DNA from: a virus
Lineage: Duplodnaviria > Heunggongvirae > Uroviricota > Caudoviricetes
Virus record (IMG/VR): IMGVR_UViG_3300029610_000240
Strand: one strand, 5' to 3'
Length of the DNA stretch: 64,000 nt
Shown here: in pieces, positions 56,353-64,000 of the stretch
Numbering within the stretch: the stretch's first letter is position 1
Layout: each line of letters opens with the position of its first letter
Notes under the pieces: model-generated
Seen by the model: the letters and a program-made list of their open reading frames with translations, nothing else
The model's database searches: none
Told to the model about the DNA's origin: nothing
Program-made: the position numbers and the translations under genes

Positions 56353-57006
56353 ATGCGAAAACAAGTTTTTGCAACGATTGGTTGTGCTATCTTTTTACTG
56401 ATCGTAGTAGGTTTCCTGATGATGGCATATTCTTCTTATACAAAACATCAAGAGGAAATTGCTGAACAAAAATTAATAAAGCAGGAAAGAAAAGAATCAC
56501 GAAAAACACTTCAATCATCAGAAGAAAGGGAATGGAATCTGGACTGCCTGTGGGAGCATGTTATCGAAATTGATGGTACAGAAATTGAAGTACCAATTAA
56601 ATACAATGATCTGATCAAGACACTTGGAAACAAAGTGAAAGAAGCTAAAGATAAAAAAATCATGCTACAAAATGGACAGGTTTTATGGCTGAATTGTACA
56701 AAAGATGAAAAAGACTCTATGAATAATGGAAAAGATAAAGCAATGGTTTATGGTATATCTACACAACAGGACGCTAAAGATTCTTGTGTTACAATTCAGA
56801 AAATCAAAACTGGAATGTCTTATGATAAATTAAAGGAATATTATGAGACTCCAGTTACGAAAGATGATTCCCAAAGTATTTCTGTACTGCAATATGCTGA
56901 TCCGAAATCTGATTTAGATATCACACAGCAGAATGTGACTGTTTATCTGGATAACAATACAGTGGTTGGATTAGGTATATATTATGACGGAAGTAAGGAG
57001 GAATAG
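56353..57006 (+). CDS. Membrane-anchored extracytoplasmic protein (N-terminal TM)
   Basis: RBS 'aaaaggaggaattatatg'. Anchor 'ATIGCAIFLLIVVGFLMMAY'. Confidence 0.5.
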   Translation: MRKQVFATIGCAIFLLIVVGFLMMAYSSYTKHQEEIAEQKLIKQERKESRKTLQSSEEREWNLDCLWEHVIEIDGTEIEVPIKYNDLIKTLGNKVKEAKDKKIMLQNGQVLWLNCTKDEKDSMNNGKDKAMVYGISTQQDAKDSCVTIQKIKTGMSYDKLKEYYETPVTKDDSQSISVLQYADPKSDLDITQQNVTVYLDNNTVVGLGIYYDGSKEE

Positions 57007-57007
57007 G

Positions 57008-57238
57008 ATGGAAAATAAAAATAAACCAAACCAAGAATTATTAACTATTAAAGAAACGGCAAAATTATTAAAAGTAAATCCACATAGAGTATATGACTTA
57101 GTGAGAATGGGAATTTTGCCAGCACTAAAATTAGGAAGCCTGAAAATACGAAGACAGGCATTAAATGAATTCCTTGAAGAATATGAAGGGATGGATCTGA
57201 CAGATTTAAATGAGATCAAAAAATTAGAAGTTAAATAA
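57008..57238 (+). CDS. xis: Excisionase/HTH_17-like DNA-binding protein
   Basis: RBS 'aaggaggaataggatg'. 'LLTIKETAKLLKVNPHRVYDLVRMGILPALKLG' is the Xis/MerR-type HTH. Confidence 0.65.
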   Translation: MENKNKPNQELLTIKETAKLLKVNPHRVYDLVRMGILPALKLGSLKIRRQALNEFLEEYEGMDLTDLNEIKKLEVK

Positions 57239-57660
57239 AAAGGAGCTGTTATGTCGGGATAATCTGATATAATAGCTCTTTTTTTGTAGCAAATTCTAAA
57301 TACTAATTAACAAATTAACTATATTATAAAGGATAATTTGATGATGGTAAATAATGAAGTCCCACGTCAGGCCCACGGAGAGTGCGGCACGAATAAGCAC
57401 GTATATGCATAATATACATAAAAATAGCATGCGTGATACGTTCTGGTTGTGAAAAATATACGAAAAAAGCACAAAATAACACGATATAACATAGGTAGTC
57501 ATTCGCAGTTGGGTTGGGTAACAACCCAATGGTAGGAGCTACAGTAGCTGTAGCTGTATCTATTGAGGAAGCTGCTAAAGCAGGTAAATTCTAGGAAACC
57601 ACGTATTTAAGCGGTTTTTTGAGGGTGTTAGAAGTGGTAAAAAGTAGTGAAATGTAGACA

Positions 57661-57706
57661 ATCTCTATATTATCTCTACACTATCTCTATACCACATCTC
57701 TACACT
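57661..57706 (+). repeat. Four direct copies of ATCTCTA(C/T)A between xis and the int 3' end; candidate arm-type recombinase binding sites
   Basis: 'atctctatattatctctacactatctctataccacatctctacac'. Confidence 0.5.
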
Positions 57707-57769
57707 CAAAAATGTGAATAAGAAGAGAGAGCCAATTAATTTTGACTCTCTTTTTTTCTTCGTTTTATT

Positions 57770-59011
57770 TTATTTTATTTTCATGATCTCGGCCATTAGC
57801 CACTCTGGTTTTCGTTTTGTGTAAGTAGCTTCTGTGATATCGTTGATCTTGTGACCCATCATATATTTTAATGCATATTCATCTACTTTATCTCTTTTTG
57901 CCATCGTGGAAAACTGAATCCTTGGATCATGAGCTCTGTGATCTGGATTGAGCTCTAATTTCTTAACAATCTTTTCGAATCGATGTCTATATTTATCATA
58001 CGTCATTTTTAAGCTACTTCGGTGTGTTTTTGTATCAGTGCAGTTGATTAAATAATCACTTCCAAGATTTATTGCTTCCTGGTATCGATGCTTGACTAGA
58101 TCACGAATCCGTGGATGGATTGGAACCAAGCGATCTTTACCTGCGTCAGTCTTCATACCGCCGATAAAAAACCAATTTTCCAGATCTACATTTTTTAATT
58201 CAATTAGACCCAATTCTTGTGGTCGCCATCCAGAGTAGCATTGGATCAGAATCACATCCACATAATCAGTATCATACAAATGATCCCATAATTTTTTTAT
58301 TTCTTCATCCGTAAAATCAATATGGTCCTTCTTCGCTTCTTTAACATCTTTAATAACATCATCAGACAAATTAAAGGTCCTTGCATAATTCTTGTCTACT
58401 AATTCATACTCTAGCGCATAATCCAACATTAAGTTGAATAGAGATTTTATCTTTGTCTTTGTAGTAGGAGATGCGTGTTTTTCTTTACCATCGACTACAT
58501 ACGTTCCATCTTCCATACAACCTTTAATATGTCGGGCACGTAAATCTTTTGCACGCATATCATAAACAGCAGAGCAGTAGTTCCAGGCAGATTTAATTGT
58601 ACGTTCACTTGAAGGACTTGACAGGGATTCAAAATATTTATCAGTCCACTTTTCGTATAATTGCTCGACTGTCAGATCAGAGTCAAGATCATACGGATTT
58701 TTATGATATTCAAGTAATGCAGCGTAAGCATCATTATAGGTTTTGAAATATGTTTCTGGTTTCAATGATTTATAAATAGGTTTTCCATAAAAATTTTTTC
58801 CAACACAGACTAATGCACGAAAAGGCTTTCTAAGATTTTGATTTTTTAATTCGGATATAGTGCCAAATCCATTTGGAAGACGTTTTCGTTTATTAGTTTT
58901 TCTTTGTTGTTGTTTAATAACTTTTGTATCTAGAGGATAACCGCAGTGAGGACAAGTTATTGCCTTATCACTTACCTGCAATTGACATTCTGGACATTTG
59001 ATCAGTGCCAT
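57770..59011 (-). CDS. int: Tyrosine recombinase/integrase with an N-terminal zinc-ribbon
   Basis: C-terminal catalytic region 'RAHDPRIQFSTMAKRDKVDEYALKYMMGHKINDITEATYTKR' (R...HxxR...Y). N-terminal 'CPECQLQVSDKAITCPHCG'. Confidence 0.85.
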   Translation of the reverse strand: MALIKCPECQLQVSDKAITCPHCGYPLDTKVIKQQQRKTNKRKRLPNGFGTISELKNQNLRKPFRALVCVGKNFYGKPIYKSLKPETYFKTYNDAYAALLEYHKNPYDLDSDLTVEQLYEKWTDKYFESLSSPSSERTIKSAWNYCSAVYDMRAKDLRARHIKGCMEDGTYVVDGKEKHASPTTKTKIKSLFNLMLDYALEYELVDKNYARTFNLSDDVIKDVKEAKKDHIDFTDEEIKKLWDHLYDTDYVDVILIQCYSGWRPQELGLIELKNVDLENWFFIGGMKTDAGKDRLVPIHPRIRDLVKHRYQEAINLGSDYLINCTDTKTHRSSLKMTYDKYRHRFEKIVKKLELNPDHRAHDPRIQFSTMAKRDKVDEYALKYMMGHKINDITEATYTKRKPEWLMAEIMKIK

Positions 59012-59177
59012 ATATCATCATTCCTTTCTAAAAAAGGGTACAAAAAATACACCCTTATCAATTTGTAATTTTGCAGGATGTATGATATAATTCTGGTGTT
59101 CAGGCAGAGATTACATCAATCACCCATGATTGATAATTTCTGAAATTCCGTCCAGTTGGTAGCTGGGCGGTTTTCTT

Positions 59178-59864
59178 TTATTGTAAATTACTTACATTAT
59201 CAAATAATTTCCAGATATAGTTAGAATATTTTTGATACGGAAAATAATAATTACTTTTTGGAGTAGGAGTTCCGTTTTTGTCAAGGATATTCTTCAGTCG
59301 AACAGTTTCAGCGTCAAGCTTTTCCCAAGTCTTTTTGAATTTAGAATAATGTTTACCTTGTACAGAATAAACAAATTTATTCCAAGAATTTCTTTTTTTA
59401 TAATTTTTATTTAAGTCGGAAATGGTTTTATCAATATTTAATTTGTTTCCGCAAGAGTCGGTTCCATCTTCTATATAGTGATATATATCACAGTATCCAT
59501 TGTTCCAAATATCTTCACACTGCCAGTCATAAGCATCCCATAATTTATTAGTTATTGATTTATGACTACGAACAGATACTTCACATTTTAATGTTTGACC
59601 ATTAACTTTTGCAGTAATATAAGCAGTTCCAGATTTTTTAGCAATAACCTTTCCAGACTTTGTAACTGCTACAACTTTCTTTTTACTAGAACTCCATTTA
59701 ACTTTCTTTTTCGTTCCTTTAATTTTTAGCGTATAGCTATTTTTCTTTGGTAAAGTTATGAATGTTTTATTTATTGTTGTATTCTGTTTTGCGTGTATCG
59801 GTACAGCAGGTAATAGCATCATTGCAGACAATGCAACGCATAAAAACTTTTTTTTCATACGCAT
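59178..59864 (-). CDS. Secreted protein with signal peptide and a Big_2 Ig-like domain
   Basis: 'MRMKKKFLCVALSAMMLLPAVPIHA' plus 'KKKVKWSSSKKKVVAVTKSGKVIAKKSGTAYITAKV'. Confidence 0.6.
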   Translation of the reverse strand: MRMKKKFLCVALSAMMLLPAVPIHAKQNTTINKTFITLPKKNSYTLKIKGTKKKVKWSSSKKKVVAVTKSGKVIAKKSGTAYITAKVNGQTLKCEVSVRSHKSITNKLWDAYDWQCEDIWNNGYCDIYHYIEDGTDSCGNKLNIDKTISDLNKNYKKRNSWNKFVYSVQGKHYSKFKKTWEKLDAETVRLKNILDKNGTPTPKSNYYFPYQKYSNYIWKLFDNVSNLQ

Positions 59865-59932
59865 TTCTCCTTCTTTATTTTAATAATAAAAACGACAATT
59901 CGAGATTATATCCCATTAAGTCATTTAGATAA

Positions 59933-60550
59933 TTATTTCACAGTAGTTTTTGAAACATTTAGATAATCAATAATGTAACCATCTGATGCCCAGATACTAA
60001 AAACACCTGCGAAAGAAGTACATTCAGGATTTTTAATTTTAGCTTTTAAAATAAAATTTCTAGTGTCTTTTGAAGCAATATACGGAGAAGTGGTCATTTC
60101 ATCTGGTTCGTAATCCGTATCGTTCAATTTAAAATATTCACAGTCAAACTTAAATAAGGAATCTGTTTTATTATATACTGAAAACGCAATTTCAGAAGAA
60201 GTTGTATATGCCAACTTTATCTGAAGTTTATCGTTATCCAAAATAATTCTATTATATGTATAATTTTTAACAGTAGGAGCTGAAGGGGTTTTAACAACTT
60301 TCTTTTTGATAGTCATTTTGCTCCGATAAGTCTTTTTACCGATCTTAGCTTTTATATAAGCTGATCCAACTTTCAGCCCTTTGATAGTTGCATATTTGTT
60401 ATTTTTGTTCACTATTCTTATTTTATTATTAGATACTGTCCATTTTACTTTAGTTTTATTGTTCTGTAAATTAATTTTACAAGTCTGGTTAATATAAATA
60501 GTCTTTTTTAATGGTGTAATACTTACTTTAGATTTTATCCATGATTGAAG
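59933..60550 (-). pseudogene. Big_2-domain paralog of 59178..59864 lacking the signal-peptide N-terminus; probably 5'-truncated
   Basis: Homologous from 'ITPLKKTIYINQTCKINLQNNKTKVKWTVSNNKIRIVNK...'. Upstream ORF sequence has no signal peptide and overlaps plus-strand gene fragments. Confidence 0.35.
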
Positions 60551-60682
60551 TATTTGAAAATGTGATCCCGATGTCTGTAAAAGCTGCTGAGACCAGTGCA
60601 GAGGGAAAAAGCATCTACATGCATTGTCCGAAAGGAAAGGTTGCAGAGGCCTATATGAACTTAACACAGGAGGTTTTGAAGA

Positions 60683-60823
60683 ATGAAAAATAGAAGTGGC
60701 GAAAAGATTAAACTGGCAAGCATTGATGAACTGCTTGGTGTGGTAAATGAAGAATCTGCAATGGAGATAGAAATTAGTAAGATCCATCCGTTTAAAATTG
60801 TGCGCCCAGATAAGGGCGAGTAG
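60683..60823 (+). pseudogene. ParB/Spo0J N-terminal fragment (46 aa), a relic
   Basis: 'MKNRSGEKIKLASIDELLGVVNEESAMEIEISKIHPFKIVRPDKGE*' matches the ParB N-terminal box and then stops. Confidence 0.5.
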
Positions 60824-60988
60824 TCTAGCAGGTGGAATGCCTGTCTGGTAAGGTCTAACCAACCGCCAGTAGCGAGTCTTGGGTCTTCCATAGTCTGCGC
60901 CATACCAGCGTTTATGAAGAAAAAATCAAAGGCTCTTGACTTGGAGTTAACTTCAAGTAGTATACTAATCGAAACAGGAGGTAAAAAG

Positions 60989-61486
60989 ATGAAGAAATTA
61001 CTGATTATATATTATTCATGGTCAAATGGAAACACGGAAAGAATTGCAAAAATGCTGCAGAGTGAGACTGATAGCGATATTCTAAAAATAGATACCGTAG
61101 TTCCATATTCTGGCAGTTATGATGATGTGGTAAATCAGGGACAGAATGAAGTGCAGCGCGGATACGAACCTGAAATTAAACCGCTGGATATCAATATTGC
61201 AGATTATGATGTCATCGCAGTTGGGACACCTACATGGTGGTACACAATGGCTCCGGCTGTAAAAACATTTCTGCACCAACAGGATTTTACCGGAAAGACA
61301 GTAGTACCTTTTATGACAAATGGTGGCTGGCCAGGGCATGTAATAAAGGATATGAAAGTAGCCTGCAAAGGCGCAAATGTGGTTTGCGATATGCAGATAC
61401 AGTTTGATTCTACAGGTGGAAGTAATATGGAGACACCTCAGGAACAAATTAATGAATGGATACAGAGTGTGAAAAATCTTCTTTAA
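60989..61486 (+). CDS. Flavodoxin-like protein
   Basis: 'MKKLLIIYYSWSNGNTERIAK' and 'DVIAVGTPTWW'. RBS 'aggaggtaaaaagatg'. Confidence 0.75.
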   Translation: MKKLLIIYYSWSNGNTERIAKMLQSETDSDILKIDTVVPYSGSYDDVVNQGQNEVQRGYEPEIKPLDINIADYDVIAVGTPTWWYTMAPAVKTFLHQQDFTGKTVVPFMTNGGWPGHVIKDMKVACKGANVVCDMQIQFDSTGGSNMETPQEQINEWIQSVKNLL

Positions 61487-61502
61487 ATTGTGGAGGAAGA
61501 AT

Positions 61503-61886
61503 ATGACAATAAAAGAAGTGTCAGAAAAATATGGTATTTCACAGGATACCCTTCGTTATTATGAGAGGGTTAATGTGATTCCTAAAGTTACAAGAACATC
61601 CGGAGGAATTCGGGATTACCAGGAAGAAGATCTTAGATGGGTTGAGCTTGCAGTATGCATGAGAAATGCAGGACTTCCCATAGAAAGTCTGATTGAATAT
61701 CAAAGGCTATTTAGGGCGGGAGATTCTACAATACCTGCGAGACTTGAGTTGTTGAATGAGCAGATGGATATTCTTCAGAAGCAAAAAGAGCAGATAGAGG
61801 AAACTATGGACAGGCTTTCTTATAAGATATCACGGTATGAAGAAGCAGTGAAAACAGGAAAACTGGTATGGACAAAGGAGGAATAG
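61503..61886 (+). CDS. MerR-family transcriptional regulator
   Basis: 'MTIKEVSEKYGISQDTLRYYERVNVIPKVTRTSGGIRDY'. Confidence 0.85.
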   Translation: MTIKEVSEKYGISQDTLRYYERVNVIPKVTRTSGGIRDYQEEDLRWVELAVCMRNAGLPIESLIEYQRLFRAGDSTIPARLELLNEQMDILQKQKEQIEETMDRLSYKISRYEEAVKTGKLVWTKEE

Positions 61887-61891
61887 TACAA

Positions 61892-62398
61892 ATGGCAAAG
61901 CTGGTAGCATTTTATTCAAGAGCAGATGAAAATTATTTTGGCGGTTCCATGAAATATATTCAGATTGGCAATACTGAGAAAGCTGCAAAAATGATAGCTG
62001 ATATGACAGGAGCAGACCTTTTCAAAATCGAGCAAAAGATTCCCTATGCCGCTGATTATAATACCTGCATTGCACAGGCAAAAGAGGATAAACAGACAGG
62101 AAAACGACCAGAGATACTAAATCTGCCACAGGACATAGATCAATATGACGAGATTTATCTTGGATACCCGAATTACTGGGGAACCATGCCAATGGCTGTA
62201 TATACTTTTCTGGAAAGTTATGATTTTACAGGAAAGAAAATTCATCCATTCTGTACGCATGAAGGAAGCGGATTGTCAAATACGGAGAGTGATATTAAAA
62301 AAAGTGCAAAAGGTGCAGTGATTGAGAAAGGCATTGCGATACATGGAAGCGGCGTAGATCAAGCGAAAGATGTACTTGAAAGATGGATACAGAAATAG
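61892..62398 (+). CDS. Flavodoxin-like protein (second copy)
   Basis: 'MAKLVAFYSRADENYFGGSMKY...GYPNYWGTMP'. RBS 'aaaggaggaatagtacaaatg'. Confidence 0.7.
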   Translation: MAKLVAFYSRADENYFGGSMKYIQIGNTEKAAKMIADMTGADLFKIEQKIPYAADYNTCIAQAKEDKQTGKRPEILNLPQDIDQYDEIYLGYPNYWGTMPMAVYTFLESYDFTGKKIHPFCTHEGSGLSNTESDIKKSAKGAVIEKGIAIHGSGVDQAKDVLERWIQK

Positions 62399-62409
62399 AG
62401 GTTAGAAAA

Positions 62410-62964
62410 ATGGAATGCAAGGAAATACGTGTTGATGTAAGAACTGCGTCAATAAAAGAAAGTACAGAAGGGCAACGCCAGACAAAAATATTATTTCAGA
62501 TTAATCATACAATGCCTTTTACTGATGAATATAATCATTTATTAAAGGAATTGTTTGGAAATAACCTAGGAGATGGGAGTATGATATCACCACCGCTTAA
62601 TGGAGCATGTGTTGGAAGCGTAAAGATTGGCAGGAATGTATTTATCAATTCTAATCTTCTTGCAATGGCAAGAGGTGGAATAACGATTGAAGACAATGCT
62701 ATGATTGCTGCAAATGTACAGCTTATTTCCAATAATCATGATCCATATGATTTGTGTACTCTGACTTGTAAGCCTGTTCTGATAAGAGAATATGCCTGGG
62801 TAGGAGCTGGAGCTACGATACTTCCGGGAGTATGTATCGGAAGACACGCAATTGTGGGAGCTGGATCTGTAGTGACAAAGGATGTACCGGATTATGCAGT
62901 AGCAGTTGGAAATCCGGCAAAAGTAATAAAAATGCTTGATAAAGAAAAATTTCAGGAGGACTAA
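62410..62964 (+). CDS. Hexapeptide-repeat (left-handed beta-helix) O-acetyltransferase of the maltose/galactoside acetyltransferase type
   Basis: 'IGRNVFINSNLLAMARGGITIEDNAMIAANVQLI...VGAGATILPGVCIGRHAIVGAGSVV'. Confidence 0.75.
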   Translation: MECKEIRVDVRTASIKESTEGQRQTKILFQINHTMPFTDEYNHLLKELFGNNLGDGSMISPPLNGACVGSVKIGRNVFINSNLLAMARGGITIEDNAMIAANVQLISNNHDPYDLCTLTCKPVLIREYAWVGAGATILPGVCIGRHAIVGAGSVVTKDVPDYAVAVGNPAKVIKMLDKEKFQED

Positions 62965-62968
62965 AAAG

Positions 62969-63808
62969 ATGGAAAATATGAAGTTGAATAACAATTTGGA
63001 ATGTCCAATGCTTGGACTAGGAACTTTTATGTTATCACCAGAGGATGCCTACACAAGTACATTAGAGGCATTAAAAATGGGATATTCCCTAATTGATACA
63101 GCAAATGCTTATGTAAATGAGCGTGCAGTTGGAAGAGCAATCAAGGATAGTGGAATTGACAGAAAAAATATATTTCTATCAACAAAAATATGGGCTAGTG
63201 AATATGAAAATGAGAATACTGTAGAAGAAACTCTAGAAAGACTTGGTGTTGATTATGTGGATTTACTTTATATACACCAGCCTGCAGGCAACTGGCTTGC
63301 CGGATACAGAATGCTTGAAAAAGCGTATAGAGAGGGCAAAGCAAAATCCATTGGTATCTCGAATTTTGAAGGAAAATATATGGAAGAGTTGGAAACAAAG
63401 TGGGAAATTGTACCTCAGTTTATTCAGGTGGAAGCACATCCATATTTCACACAGAAAGAAATGCGTGTAACTTTAGACAAATATGGAATTAAGCTTATGA
63501 GCTGGTATCCGCTGGGACATGGAGATACAGCATTAATGAATGAGTTGGTATTTGCAGGACTTGGCAAAAAATATGGAAAAACACCTGCACAGGTTATTCT
63601 CCGTTGGCATACTCAGATGGGATTTGTTGTAATTCCTGGAAGTAAAAATGCAGAACACATTAAGGACAATATGGATATCTTTGATTTTGCATTAACAGAT
63701 GAAGAAATGGAACAGATTGCAAAGCTGGACAAGAATGAAAGATATTATCACCGCACGGATGAACAGCTTGTACAGTTTGCAAACTGGAAACCAGAGTTTG
63801 AAAAATAA
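62969..63808 (+). CDS. Aldo/keto reductase (DkgA/YvgN-like)
   Basis: 'LGLGTF...GYSLIDTANAYVNE...IHQPAG...' AKR signature. RBS 'aggagga'. Confidence 0.85.
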   Translation: MENMKLNNNLECPMLGLGTFMLSPEDAYTSTLEALKMGYSLIDTANAYVNERAVGRAIKDSGIDRKNIFLSTKIWASEYENENTVEETLERLGVDYVDLLYIHQPAGNWLAGYRMLEKAYREGKAKSIGISNFEGKYMEELETKWEIVPQFIQVEAHPYFTQKEMRVTLDKYGIKLMSWYPLGHGDTALMNELVFAGLGKKYGKTPAQVILRWHTQMGFVVIPGSKNAEHIKDNMDIFDFALTDEEMEQIAKLDKNERYYHRTDEQLVQFANWKPEFEK

Positions 63809-64000
63809 TATGGAGAAAATAGTATGAGCAAAAATGATGTATGGCTTAATCAGTAAAATGGGGAAGTACGGAGCAACTGCTTCCATCTTTTTATCTAGAA
63901 GTAGCAGTAAGTAAATCCGAGTAAAATATGGTCAAAAAATCATCGACATCCGACCTACAGCACGTTATAATATAGTTAATCTAATAAGAAAACCAAGTGA

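Noticed and set aside
57240-57770. I looked for a tRNA or tmRNA gene as the integration target between xis and int
   Set aside because: There is no cloverleaf-compatible segment and no GGTTCGAATCC-like T-arm. The GC-rich bit 'gtcccacgtcaggcccacggagagtgcggcacg' does not fold into a tRNA.

Overview
This window looks like low-GC Firmicutes (Clostridia-like) chromosome and is dominated by accessory DNA. Positions 1-11.2 kb hold two giant surface-protein genes, with an AT-rich insert and a degenerate IS200 tnpA between them; the first is a 5'-partial LPXTG adhesin and the second a transglutaminase-like protein with Cys-rich tandem repeats. Positions 12.3-16.4 kb form a defence islet: an ABC/AAA_21 ATPase, a small TOPRIM-like protein, and an N6A methyltransferase plus putative restriction endonuclease. 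Positions 16.6-24.9 kb carry three IS200/IS605-family elements in a row: tnpA plus a TnpB-like gene whose zinc-finger cysteines are lost, an IscB element with upstream omega-RNA, and a solo TnpB; each of the three is bounded by a pair of hairpin ends. Positions 25-57 kb are a ~30% GC island of hypothetical genes, ending at a convergent excisionase-like gene and tyrosine integrase at 57.0-59.0 kb. The island also encodes a secreted C1 peptidase, HExxH metalloproteases, a GH73 glucosaminidase and a UvrD-like helicase. The central observation is inside that island. A full-length Cas9 (46127..50065) has its RuvC-I Asp, RuvC-II Glu and HNH His replaced by Thr, Lys and Tyr, and it has no cas1, cas2 or csn2. 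It is surrounded by at least seven dispersed type-II-like mini CRISPR arrays of 1-3 repeats each. Every mini array is followed directly, on the same strand, by its own tracrRNA-like module, and each tracr anti-repeat co-varies with its own divergent repeat. An eighth tracr-like copy at 43.8 kb has no repeats. Together this suggests a mobile-element-borne, adaptation-less, nuclease-dead Cas9 programmed by several natural guide modules of single-guide-like architecture. Ordinary core genes resume after about 60.9 kb: flavodoxins, a MerR regulator, an acetyltransferase and an aldo/keto reductase.
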